Below are positions 37,799-46,947 of a stretch of 64,000 nt of DNA, piece after piece. The notes beneath the pieces are model-generated. The model was given only the letters and a program-made list of their open reading frames with translations, had not been told where the DNA came from and searched no databases. Each line of letters opens with the position of its first letter. Position 1 is the first letter of the stretch. This stretch comes from Deltaproteobacteria bacterium GWA2_45_12 (lineage in GTDB: Bacteria > UBA10199). The position numbers and the translations under genes were made by a program. The stretch covers positions 1,963 to 65,962 of the forward strand of contig MGPH01000030.1 of the NCBI GenBank assembly GCA_001797365.1, read 5' to 3'.

Positions 37799-38905
37799 AT
37801 GATGCTTGAACGACCCTTGACGCGATTTAACTGGTTTTTTTTCTTTGTGGTGATTTTGCTGAATGTTTTTGGCTTGATCAATTTGTATAGTGCCACTTCA
37901 AGTTTTGAAGGTCAGGTTTCAACCAATTATTTTAAGGCTCAAGCCCTATGGAACGGGATCGGAATTTTTCTTTTGTTTTTTATTGTTCCCATTCATTACA
38001 AGCATCTGAAGTCGCTCAGTTTTCTTATTTACGTGGGGGGATGTGTGTTCTTGGTTCTTGTGCTGATTATCGGGAAAAAAGTGCATGGGAACCAAAGCTG
38101 GATTGTACTTGGGCCCGTGAGCCTTCAGCCGACTGAACTGGCAAAGATCGGCCTTATTTTTGGATTGTCCAAATATCTTGCCGATATCAAAGACACAGAT
38201 TCTTTTTCTTTCAAGACTCTTTTGCCATCGCTTATGTATTTGATGGTTCCTTTTATTCTTGTTTCGCTGCAGGGAGATTTGGGCTCGAGTCTTTTTTATA
38301 TTTTTATTTATGGAACCATGGTGCTCATTCATGGCATCAGGATCCGTCTTTTGGCACTGGCTTCGGGTGTTTTGATGGGGATTGTGGTTATTGCCTACCT
38401 CTTTGTACTTTCTCCTTATCAAAAAGACCGTGTGCGGAATTTTTTGAACCCCGAGCTTGACCGTAAGGGGTCCGGGTACCATTTGGTTCAGTCAAAAATT
38501 GCCGTCGGCTCCGGCCAATGGTTGGGAAAGGGCTATCTTAAGGGCCAGGCCCACAAGCTTAAATTCATTCCCGAAAGGCATACGGATTTTATTTTTAGTG
38601 TGCTGGCTGAGGAGTGGGGCTTTGTCGGATGTTTTCTCGTTTTAAGCCTGTTCTTTTTGTTTTTTTATCTGGGGATGGACATTGCCGCCCATGCCAATGA
38701 CCGATATTCCTTTTTCATGTCCGTGGGTATTTTGTCCCTCTTTTTCTGGCATATCATTGTCAACCTTTGGGGGATTTTGGGGTTGATGCCTCTTACCGGG
38801 GTGCCCCTTACTTTCTTTAGTTATGGAGGGTCCTCGGTGATTACAAACTGGATTGGCATTGGCTTGTTGCTTAATATCAGTTATCGCCGATTTATTTTTA
38901 CCTGA
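37799..38905 (+). CDS. rodA: SEDS-family peptidoglycan glycosyltransferase RodA
   Basis: 368 aa; 10-TM FtsW/RodA family; completes the mreBCD-mrdA-rodA cluster. Confidence 0.9.
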   Translation: MMLERPLTRFNWFFFFVVILLNVFGLINLYSATSSFEGQVSTNYFKAQALWNGIGIFLLFFIVPIHYKHLKSLSFLIYVGGCVFLVLVLIIGKKVHGNQSWIVLGPVSLQPTELAKIGLIFGLSKYLADIKDTDSFSFKTLLPSLMYLMVPFILVSLQGDLGSSLFYIFIYGTMVLIHGIRIRLLALASGVLMGIVVIAYLFVLSPYQKDRVRNFLNPELDRKGSGYHLVQSKIAVGSGQWLGKGYLKGQAHKLKFIPERHTDFIFSVLAEEWGFVGCFLVLSLFFLFFYLGMDIAAHANDRYSFFMSVGILSLFFWHIIVNLWGILGLMPLTGVPLTFFSYGGSSVITNWIGIGLLLNISYRRFIFT

Positions 38906-38970
38906 CAAAAATCATTGAGAAAATAACGGGGCTGTAATAGTTTCTGTTTTCATTTTTCAGGAGGCAGATC

Positions 38971-40275
38971 ATGGCTAAAAAAGATGTTTTAAGTGTCGTT
39001 GATAAACGCACAGGAAAAGAATACGAACTTCCCATTGTGGATGGCACCATTCATGCCACAGATTTAAGGCAGATCAAGGTTGACAAAAATGATTTTGGCC
39101 TGATGAGCTATGATCCCGCTTTTCAAAATACCGCCGCATGTCGCAGTAGCATTACTTACATTGATGGCGATAAGGGCATTTTACGTTATCGTGGGTACCC
39201 CATCGAAGAGCTTGCCGAAAAAAGCACTTACCTGGAAGTGGCCTATCTTCTTATTTACGGCGAGCTTCCCAATGCAGCCCAGCTTAAGGAATGGAACCGG
39301 AATATCATCTATCACACCATGATCCATGAAAAAATCCGCAAGTTCATGGACTGGGGATTTTTATACGATGCCCATCCCATGGGGATTATGGTGGGTTCGT
39401 TGGCGGCTTTGTCCACGTTCTATCCCGATGCCAAAAATATTGCGGATGAAACCTGCCGCAATCTTCAGAGCTATCGTATGTTGGGTAAGGTGACGACGGT
39501 GGCCGCTTATACCTACCGTCACAGTTTGGGGCTCCCCTTTGTTTATCCCGACAACGAGCTTAGTTATACGGGTAATTTTTTGAACATGCTTTTTAAAATG
39601 ACCGAGCCCAAGTTCAAACCCAATCCCGTTTTTGAAAAAGCCCTTGATCTTCTTTTCATCCTTCATGCCGACCACGAACAAAATTGTTCCACTTCCGCCA
39701 TGCGTATTGTGGGTTCGTCCCATGCCGATCCTTTTTCGGCGTTATCAGCGGCCACCTGTGCCCTTTACGGGCCCCTTCATGGCGGGGCCAACGAGGCCGT
39801 TGTACGCATGCTTAAGGAAATCGGGTCGATTGCCAATGTTCCCCCATTCATCAAAAAAGTGAAGAAGGGGGAAGGCAAGCTCATGGGGTTTGGCCACCGT
39901 GTTTACAAAAACTACGATCCACGGGCCAAGATCATCAAAAAAATGGCAAACAAGGTGTTTGCAGAAACGGGAAAAAATCCCCTCCTGGACATTGCCCTTG
40001 AGTTGGAGCGCATTGCCCTTGAAGACGATTATTTTATAGAACGCAAACTCTATCCCAATGTCGATTTCTATTCGGGGCTTATTTATCAGTCGATGGGTTT
40101 TCCCATCTCCATGTTTCCTGTTCTGTTTACCATTGGCCGCACGGCAGGCTGGGTGGCCCAGTGGCGTGAGCTTATTGTTGATAAAGAACAAAAGATCGCC
40201 CGCCCACGGCAGATTTATACGGGGTCTGGTCTCAGAAAATATGTTCCCTTAAATAAGCGTGGGAAGAATAAATAA
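38971..40275 (+). CDS. gltA: citrate synthase
   Basis: 434 aa; catalytic His and Asp motifs (GPLHGGANE, GFGHRVYK, DPRA). Confidence 0.92.
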   Translation: MAKKDVLSVVDKRTGKEYELPIVDGTIHATDLRQIKVDKNDFGLMSYDPAFQNTAACRSSITYIDGDKGILRYRGYPIEELAEKSTYLEVAYLLIYGELPNAAQLKEWNRNIIYHTMIHEKIRKFMDWGFLYDAHPMGIMVGSLAALSTFYPDAKNIADETCRNLQSYRMLGKVTTVAAYTYRHSLGLPFVYPDNELSYTGNFLNMLFKMTEPKFKPNPVFEKALDLLFILHADHEQNCSTSAMRIVGSSHADPFSALSAATCALYGPLHGGANEAVVRMLKEIGSIANVPPFIKKVKKGEGKLMGFGHRVYKNYDPRAKIIKKMANKVFAETGKNPLLDIALELERIALEDDYFIERKLYPNVDFYSGLIYQSMGFPISMFPVLFTIGRTAGWVAQWRELIVDKEQKIARPRQIYTGSGLRKYVPLNKRGKNK

Positions 40276-40287
40276 AGAGGGCTGCCC

Positions 40288-41070
40288 ATGAGTGTCATCA
40301 CGCTGACCACGGATTTTGGTTTGGAAGACCAGTATGTGGGTTCGCTTCATGGGGTTATTGTCAGCCTTAATCCCCAGGCCCGCATTTCCGACATCTCCCA
40401 CCTCATTCCTTCCTATGACATTGCCCAGGCTTCCTATGTTTTGGGCGGAAGTTATTTTTTGTTTCCCAAGGGGAGCATCCATGTTGTTGTGGTGGACCCC
40501 GGTGTGGGAAGCGCGCGCAAGCCCATCCTTGTGCAGACAGAAAATTATTTTTTTATTGCCCCCGATAACGGTGTTTTAAGCCTGGCCCTGGCTCGTGAAA
40601 AAATTGTCCGTATCATTCATTTAACCAATAGCGATTACTTCAGGTCAAAATTGAGCCACACTTTTCATGGAAGGGATATTTTTTCCCCTGTGGCCGCTCA
40701 TTTATCCAAGGGGGTAAGCCCCGACGTTTTTGGGCCCGAGCTTACATGCGTTACACGACTTGATTTGTATGCTCACCAGGTTCAATCAAAAAAAATCCGC
40801 GCCCGCATCATGGCCATTGATAAATTCGGAAATGCCGTTCTCTATTTTCATGAAGATGATTTTAAAGAAAAGATGCGGAAGAATTCTTTTGTCTTAAAGG
40901 TGGGCTCCCATCAAATCAAGAAATTAAACGATGCTTATTGGCAGGTCAAAAAAGGGGACCCCATTTTACTTTTTGGGAGTTTGGGGTATCTGGAACTGGC
41001 AACCAATCAGGGGAGTCTTGCCAAGAAATGGAAGTTAAAGAGGGGGATGGTTGTGGAGCTTTGCCTGTAA
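40288..41070 (+). CDS. SAM hydroxide adenosyltransferase family protein (DUF62; SAM hydrolase/fluorinase-chlorinase fold)
   Basis: LTTDFGLEDQYVGSLHGVI...DISHLIPSYDI...HVVVVDPGVGS. Confidence 0.8.
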   Translation: MSVITLTTDFGLEDQYVGSLHGVIVSLNPQARISDISHLIPSYDIAQASYVLGGSYFLFPKGSIHVVVVDPGVGSARKPILVQTENYFFIAPDNGVLSLALAREKIVRIIHLTNSDYFRSKLSHTFHGRDIFSPVAAHLSKGVSPDVFGPELTCVTRLDLYAHQVQSKKIRARIMAIDKFGNAVLYFHEDDFKEKMRKNSFVLKVGSHQIKKLNDAYWQVKKGDPILLFGSLGYLELATNQGSLAKKWKLKRGMVVELCL

Positions 41071-41082
41071 GAGGCCATTCTT

Positions 41083-41140
41083 GTAGGGGCAATTCCCGTA
41101 AGGGCGGCTTGTGTAAGGGCAATTCATGAATTGCCCTTAC
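41083..41140. repeat. REP-like palindrome: partial copy (41083-95) plus a full copy (41113-41140)
   Basis: ttgtaggggcaattcccgtaagggcggcttgtGTAAGGGCAATTCATGAATTGCCCTTAC lies between convergent genes. Confidence 0.75.
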
Positions 41141-41547
41141 GGTTTCCAATGAAAGGTCAAATTTATCTTAATATCCGGATGCAGTGAGTGATGCACCGGG
41201 CAGGTTTTGGCGGCTGCGATGAGTTTTTGCTGTTCTTTTTCAGGGATAAGATGGGGAATTGTGAACGCCACATTCAGCTCATCAATGCGGCGCGGCAGTT
41301 TTTGAGTCATCTTTTTTTCAACCTGAAGCGTCATTCCTTCAAGCGGAATATTATCGCGCTTGGCCACAATCCCCATGATGGTGGCCATGCAGGCCCCTAA
41401 AGAAGTGGCTGCCAGGTCGGTGGGAGAAAACGATCGTCCCTTGCCTTGATTGTCCGGCGGGGCATCCGTTGTGATTTTAACCTTTGAAAGCTCGTGAATG
41501 GCTTCTACTTGAAGGTCGCCAAGATATTTTAGGTGCATGATGCTCAT
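41137..41547 (-). CDS. OsmC/Ohr-family peroxiredoxin-like protein
   Basis: Conserved Cys pair context (SLGACMATIMGIVA; AKTCPV). The start is taken at MSIMHLKYL, because the ORF-track start at 41568 lies in the REP variant. Confidence 0.72.
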   Translation of the reverse strand: MSIMHLKYLGDLQVEAIHELSKVKITTDAPPDNQGKGRSFSPTDLAATSLGACMATIMGIVAKRDNIPLEGMTLQVEKKMTQKLPRRIDELNVAFTIPHLIPEKEQQKLIAAAKTCPVHHSLHPDIKINLTFHWKP

Positions 41548-41554
41548 AAAAGCG

Positions 41555-41582
41555 TAGGGGCAGTTCATGAACTGCCCTTACG
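41555..41582. repeat. REP palindrome variant with a compensatory pair (GTAGGGGCAgTTCATGAAcTGCCCTTAC)
   Basis: T-to-G and A-to-C changes at mirror positions keep the dyad perfect. Confidence 0.7.
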
Positions 41583-41624
41583 ATTTTGATACCATCATTA
41601 TAAAATGCTGACAATTTTTTTATC

Positions 41625-42128
41625 ATGAAAATACTTTTTGATTCGAAAACAATTTCAGATCGTGTGGCCCTCATGGCCAAGCAAGTCAATCACGATTACA
41701 AAGATAAAAATTTGGTCGTTGTGGGCGTGCTTAAGGGGGCCTTTATTTTCATGGCGGATCTGGTGCGTCATTTGACGGTTCCACTTACCGTTGATTTTTT
41801 ACGTGTGGCTTCTTATCAAGGTCAAAAATCTTCCGGGGCGGTGCGATTGGAGCTGGACACAACCCAACCCATTCAAGGGAGGGATGTTTTGCTGGTAGAA
41901 GATATTGTCGATACAGGGCTTACACTTGCAGCCATCAAGAAACATCTCATGGCCCAAAATCCAAGCAGTCTTAAAATCTGCACTCTTTTATACAAAGAAA
42001 AAAAGAAGGGGCTGAAAAAAGAGTGTGACTACATCGGTTTTGAAATTCCGGATGTTTATGTGGTGGGTTATGGCATGGATGAAAATGGCCAGTTTCGGGA
42101 ACTATCGGAAATTCGGATGCTTACTTAG
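41625..42128 (+). CDS. hpt: hypoxanthine phosphoribosyltransferase
   Basis: PRPP-binding VLLVEDIVDTGLT. Confidence 0.88.
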   Translation: MKILFDSKTISDRVALMAKQVNHDYKDKNLVVVGVLKGAFIFMADLVRHLTVPLTVDFLRVASYQGQKSSGAVRLELDTTQPIQGRDVLLVEDIVDTGLTLAAIKKHLMAQNPSSLKICTLLYKEKKKGLKKECDYIGFEIPDVYVVGYGMDENGQFRELSEIRMLT

Positions 42129-42200
42129 GTAATCACTTTTCTTGAAAAAGGCCCATAAAAAATTAGACAAATAGTGATTCTTGCTTTATCTTTTCGGGCT

Positions 42201-44399
42201 ATGACAAAAAAAATCCATTTTTTAATCATTTCCTTTTTCTTTCTCACCCTCTTTTTTAATCCATCATACGCCCAGGAACAGGGTCAGCCAAAAACAGATC
42301 TTCTTTTCATTATTGATTCCTCCGGAAGCATGGCCTCCCTTCTTGAAGGGCAGCGCATGATTGACTGGGCCAAAAAGGCTGTGAAAAGTGCCGCAGCCCA
42401 ACTGCCGCCCGAGGCTTACGCAGGACTTCGTGTTTATTCCCACCGTATCGATAAAAGTAACAAGGAAGCTAGTTGCAAGGATACGGAATTAGTTGTTCCC
42501 ATTTCTTCAGGAACAGGTTCGCTGATTGCGGCCTCTGCCGACAAGCTTGAGCCCCGCGGATGGACACCTATTGCCTATACTCTTTCGCAGGTGGAAGCCG
42601 ACTTTAACCAGAATGTCGAAAAACTTCATACCATTATCCTGGTCAGTGATGGGGAGGAAACCTGCGGCGGCGATCCGGCTGCGGTCATGCGCGCTTTGGT
42701 GGCCAAAGGGTATAAATTCAAGCTCTGCACGGTAGGGTTTAATGTGGAGGATGTGGCCAAACAACAACTCATGGCCTTAGCCAGCGAATTTGGCTGCACT
42801 TACACCGATGTTCGTAGCGGTATGTCGTTGGAGCAGGAATTGGCCAAGCTGACACAGCAAAGTTTTCTCATTGAAAAGAAGGTGAACCCAAAAAATCAAA
42901 TACGCGGTGGAGACAGTTTTAATGATGCCGTCCCCATTGAAACCAACAAGAGATACAGCCTGGACCATCATCAAAGGAAGGATCAATACGATTATTTTTC
43001 GTTTAAACTAAAGCAAGGTGAGGCCGTCTCTCTCCGAGTTTTCCCGGTTGAAAAATGCCTGGATGTCGTCGGGGATCAGGCGACAGAGCGCGCCAGCAGT
43101 TCGTGCGACTACGATGGGCTGCGGTATGTGTTGATGGATGGGCAGCAAAAAGAATTGGAGAGGTTGTCATTTTTCCTCGTCAACAAGCAGCATGAAACCG
43201 ATTTCTATACTTCTTCAGCACCAGGAGAGACCCTCTACTATCTCATCATTGGTAGCCCCTATGATGAAATGCATAAAGATCATGAATTCATCCTGACGAC
43301 CAAGCAGGGTACTTATACAGTGACGGGGTCATTGGGGGACGCCAATACGAATAATGATGCAGGGGATAATTTTTCTACCGCCATTGTTCTGTCTCCAGGC
43401 ATTTATGAAAACAACAGTGTTTCCAAAATGGATCAAGTGGACGTCTTTAAGGTGGTTTTGAAGGAACCTTCTTTGGTAAAACTTGTCGGTACCCATGTGA
43501 AAAAATCGGATTATGCGGATATTGATTTTGAGATTTTGGATGAATTAGGGGCCGTTCTTGGTAGCCAGGACCTTAGCGAAGGCAATTCCTATTCATTCCA
43601 GCCTCAAAGTCCGTTATCGGGCGCTATCTATCTGCGGGTCAAAATCGATTCCGTCATTGTGGATTCGGATACGGTCAATTATTCAATGGGTGTGTCGGTA
43701 AGCCCTGCACCGGTGGAGTTGATCGCAAAAGCCGTCGAAAAAACGCCTCCTCAAAAATCATCGGTGGAAGAAGTGGATGAAATGGAAGAGGTGGTTTTGG
43801 ATATAGTGCCATCCCCTCAAAAATTTACTCTGTGGCTGGGATTGGTTGCCTTGGCCTTTGCGCTGTTTGCTGGCCTGTATGTATTTTTCTTTGTGGTACG
43901 CAAAAAGGTCGCCGTGGATTTGTTCTCAAAAATTTTAGGGTGGTATGAGATCTTTGCCAGCATTATCGGCATGGGCACGGCTATTTGGCTAGCCACCAAG
44001 CAGCCTTCGCTTGCCTGGCAGATCGTGCTTTTGGTGATGCTTGGAGGCGTTGGTCTGCTTGGCATTATCGCCGGTGGAAATCTCTTATTGAACAAGGGGA
44101 GCAAACTTAGTTTTATTTGGGGAGGCCTCCAAGCCCCCTGGATTTACCTAAACCTTCATTGGGTGGTGGTGAAATATAGTCTTTCCTTGTTTTGGGGCCT
44201 GCCTGTTTACTTCTTCTTTGAAACGTCCCAAAACCCTATCGTCAATGTCCAGTCCAAAATGCATCTCGGGGCCCTATTTGGCTTATGGGCGCAATTCCTT
44301 TTCCCGGGAAGGGGCATGGGGATTGGTCTGGGCGTCAATCTGGCCGCGGTCCTGTTTTTGGGATTGTTGTATTTGAACCAGAGAAAAAAGACGAATTAA
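42201..44399 (+). CDS. von Willebrand factor A domain protein with a C-terminal polytopic membrane region
   Basis: Signal peptide; MIDAS DSSGS (FIIDSSGSM); about 6 predicted C-terminal TM helices. The start is taken at MTKKIHF (42201). Confidence 0.65.
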   Translation: MTKKIHFLIISFFFLTLFFNPSYAQEQGQPKTDLLFIIDSSGSMASLLEGQRMIDWAKKAVKSAAAQLPPEAYAGLRVYSHRIDKSNKEASCKDTELVVPISSGTGSLIAASADKLEPRGWTPIAYTLSQVEADFNQNVEKLHTIILVSDGEETCGGDPAAVMRALVAKGYKFKLCTVGFNVEDVAKQQLMALASEFGCTYTDVRSGMSLEQELAKLTQQSFLIEKKVNPKNQIRGGDSFNDAVPIETNKRYSLDHHQRKDQYDYFSFKLKQGEAVSLRVFPVEKCLDVVGDQATERASSSCDYDGLRYVLMDGQQKELERLSFFLVNKQHETDFYTSSAPGETLYYLIIGSPYDEMHKDHEFILTTKQGTYTVTGSLGDANTNNDAGDNFSTAIVLSPGIYENNSVSKMDQVDVFKVVLKEPSLVKLVGTHVKKSDYADIDFEILDELGAVLGSQDLSEGNSYSFQPQSPLSGAIYLRVKIDSVIVDSDTVNYSMGVSVSPAPVELIAKAVEKTPPQKSSVEEVDEMEEVVLDIVPSPQKFTLWLGLVALAFALFAGLYVFFFVVRKKVAVDLFSKILGWYEIFASIIGMGTAIWLATKQPSLAWQIVLLVMLGGVGLLGIIAGGNLLLNKGSKLSFIWGGLQAPWIYLNLHWVVVKYSLSLFWGLPVYFFFETSQNPIVNVQSKMHLGALFGLWAQFLFPGRGMGIGLGVNLAAVLFLGLLYLNQRKKTN

Positions 44400-46840
44400 A
44401 CTTCATATCCATCCCTACGCATGATTTCGGCGCGGATGATTAAATAGTCATAAAGGAATCGTCTTACTCGTTCCAGCCTTGATTCTATATCTATATCAAG
44501 CATGGGTATAAAAATTGAACTCAGTATGTCAGGAGTGTAATCAGGAACCTCACCATAGTAAACATAGGCCACAAGAATCATTTCCAACCAAAAACTATCT
44601 TCTCGGGGATAAATAAATTTTCCTTCTTTGACATCGTGTACCTTTTCATAACGATCACCGTTAAAGAATTTAAACAAGGCCGCTTCGGTTTTTTCGTTCA
44701 AAAGGGAATAATATTCAGATTGTTCAGGTGGAATGTGTTCCAAACCTTCCGGCCCCAGGGGGGTAAAATGCCACGGATAGGCAATGTTCCTGCCTTCTTC
44801 GGGGATGTATTTTTCAAGAAACTCGTCTTTTCGGGTGAGGTAGTAAAACAAAAAGAATTTGCTTTCATCCGACCACGCATAACCATCGAGTACTTTTCTT
44901 GCTAGATCCAAAGACAATTCAACCTTATCATCACTTCCCCGAGTGTGTAGCCATAGCAGCGTGGCTCCCAACCGTGGCGGCATCGCATCAAGGGGTTTAA
45001 TGTTCAATAGCTTTGCCATTAATCCCAAAAGACCCATGAATTCGTGCAATACTTCAAGCTTTTGATCGTTGCTCCATTGCGTATCTTTCAACACTGCCTT
45101 GGCTCGGCCCTCGAAAAGTAAGTTTTCAACGGCATCAACTAATTTTAAATCACCAAAATCTTCAAAGACGACTCGCGCTATGTTAAGACCCTTAGCATCA
45201 TGTATGCTCTTACGCCCTTGGTAGAAAGCGTGGGCTCTTTCATTGGCTTCTAAGACTTCGGCAATCGCCGAAGTTCTATCGAGCCTTCTTGTCGCCATTT
45301 CTTCAAGTTCGGTAAGATAGCGTTTATAAGCCTCGATGAGTGCCAATGTTTCTTGAACTGTTGGGGTTGGTTTTGCCTTGTCCTCGTTGGGAATTAAAAA
45401 AGCATATTTTTTTCTGAAGAGGGCGAGGGCTCTTTGGGAAAACTCCCTGTATTCGGGGGTTATTTCCAGGATGGGGTCTGGGTCTCGTGCTATTGATTCT
45501 GCATTTCTAACAAAACGAATCTCAACTGAGTCCCATTTACGCGGCGCTCGTAAGGTTGGACCATTTCTCCAAACCCCACTTTCTGTTCCCCAGATAAGAC
45601 AAAGGGAATGAAAAATTCTTGCACGTACCGTCTTATAAAATTCATCTTCATGCCCTTCGATTTTTTTGGTGCCATCGACATCCAAATTTACAAAACGACC
45701 ATCATCAGTGATGAGATACGTATTGTATTTCATGTCCTCCATGCGGTAGCCTTTTTCGGCCAATTCTTCGTACATGCGCATGGCCGTGCGTGCGTATCCG
45801 ATTCGTTTTGATGGATGTTGAAATAAAGGCCTGAGTCCTTGGGGATTGCCTAATGGTTTCATGGAATCATAACGATAATGATCCCCAAAATACCACCCAG
45901 TCACGTATTCCATCAAATAGGCGTTGTGGGCCACAAATTGCCTTTTCACAACTCCTGTTACGCCTTCAAGAAGAGGCAAGCTTTCCCGAAAGACGTGCTC
46001 CCAACCGGCTTTAAACAGCTTCAAGCAGATGGGCTTGCCTTGTTCGTCGCGCAATAAATAAACATTTGCCGATGCCCCATCTCCCAAAATTTTTTCCACA
46101 GTATAGATTGTTTCATTCAATAAACAGGACCTTCCTATTTGTACGGTCAGTTTGGAAACGATGTAAGCATTTCTTGCTATGGGTTTATGGGGCACCTCAC
46201 TTGGTGTAAGTATTTGGCCCTGTTTTAATATTCTTAAATAAAGAAAATCTCCTTCAATGATAGGACCTTTAATAGCATTTGTTGCTAACAGGGAATAAAC
46301 ATCCGAGGTGGGGTCACTTTCAATGCGGCTCGTAACGACATAGGTAACCCTGCCTATGGTGATCGTTGTTCCTAGACTAATGGGTGGTAAATCCCTGGTT
46401 AGATCTTCATCGACTATTACAGCACTTCCGGAACCACCTTCTGAAACAGTTAGGCTTCCCACTTGAGCTCGATGATCGCCCGGTGGATCGGAAGCACCCA
46501 TCATCTGCGGTCTTCTTAAGGGCAGCGTGCCTAATTCTTCTATAGCTCGAGTTGGTACTTTTTGTTCTAGGCCCGTTAGTTCTAAGCTTAAGGGCAGGGC
46601 CATGGCCGATGCGGCTTCTGCGAGCGTTTTAAAACGTGTGGGGGGAGTAAGCCTGAGGGCTAAAGGAACGGGGGCCAAAGAGCCATCATCGTACCCGTCT
46701 TTTGTATGTGATTTTGGGGTTGATGAGGGGGCATTTTTGGGATGTACCCGTGGTGCCCCGCTTACCCCAAGCCTGAAAGGGCCGCCCGGCATGGGGCGGA
46801 GGGGTATTGTTCTGGGAGTAAAAGAGAGAAGCTTGCTCAT
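44396..46840 (-). CDS. 814 aa protein with a divergent eukaryotic-like Ser/Thr kinase fold and a Pro-rich N-terminus
   Basis: Gly-loop LGDGASANVY, Lys motif ICLKLFK, Glu in FRESLPLLEG, hinge LMEYVTG, a catalytic-loop-like YRMEDMKYNTYLI (D-x-K-x-N) and DVDG in place of DFG. Its stop overlaps the stop of the convergent VWA gene. Confidence 0.5.
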   Translation of the reverse strand: MSKLLSFTPRTIPLRPMPGGPFRLGVSGAPRVHPKNAPSSTPKSHTKDGYDDGSLAPVPLALRLTPPTRFKTLAEAASAMALPLSLELTGLEQKVPTRAIEELGTLPLRRPQMMGASDPPGDHRAQVGSLTVSEGGSGSAVIVDEDLTRDLPPISLGTTITIGRVTYVVTSRIESDPTSDVYSLLATNAIKGPIIEGDFLYLRILKQGQILTPSEVPHKPIARNAYIVSKLTVQIGRSCLLNETIYTVEKILGDGASANVYLLRDEQGKPICLKLFKAGWEHVFRESLPLLEGVTGVVKRQFVAHNAYLMEYVTGWYFGDHYRYDSMKPLGNPQGLRPLFQHPSKRIGYARTAMRMYEELAEKGYRMEDMKYNTYLITDDGRFVNLDVDGTKKIEGHEDEFYKTVRARIFHSLCLIWGTESGVWRNGPTLRAPRKWDSVEIRFVRNAESIARDPDPILEITPEYREFSQRALALFRKKYAFLIPNEDKAKPTPTVQETLALIEAYKRYLTELEEMATRRLDRTSAIAEVLEANERAHAFYQGRKSIHDAKGLNIARVVFEDFGDLKLVDAVENLLFEGRAKAVLKDTQWSNDQKLEVLHEFMGLLGLMAKLLNIKPLDAMPPRLGATLLWLHTRGSDDKVELSLDLARKVLDGYAWSDESKFFLFYYLTRKDEFLEKYIPEEGRNIAYPWHFTPLGPEGLEHIPPEQSEYYSLLNEKTEAALFKFFNGDRYEKVHDVKEGKFIYPREDSFWLEMILVAYVYYGEVPDYTPDILSSIFIPMLDIDIESRLERVRRFLYDYLIIRAEIMRRDGYEV

Positions 46841-46947
46841 CTATGGGTTATTTCGGTCATTTTTAAGAAAAGTTGTGGAGTTTTATGGAGTGGTTTATGG
46901 GGTAGAGACGAATGTTGGTGGGAAGTTTTGAGGTGGGGGCTATAGGT

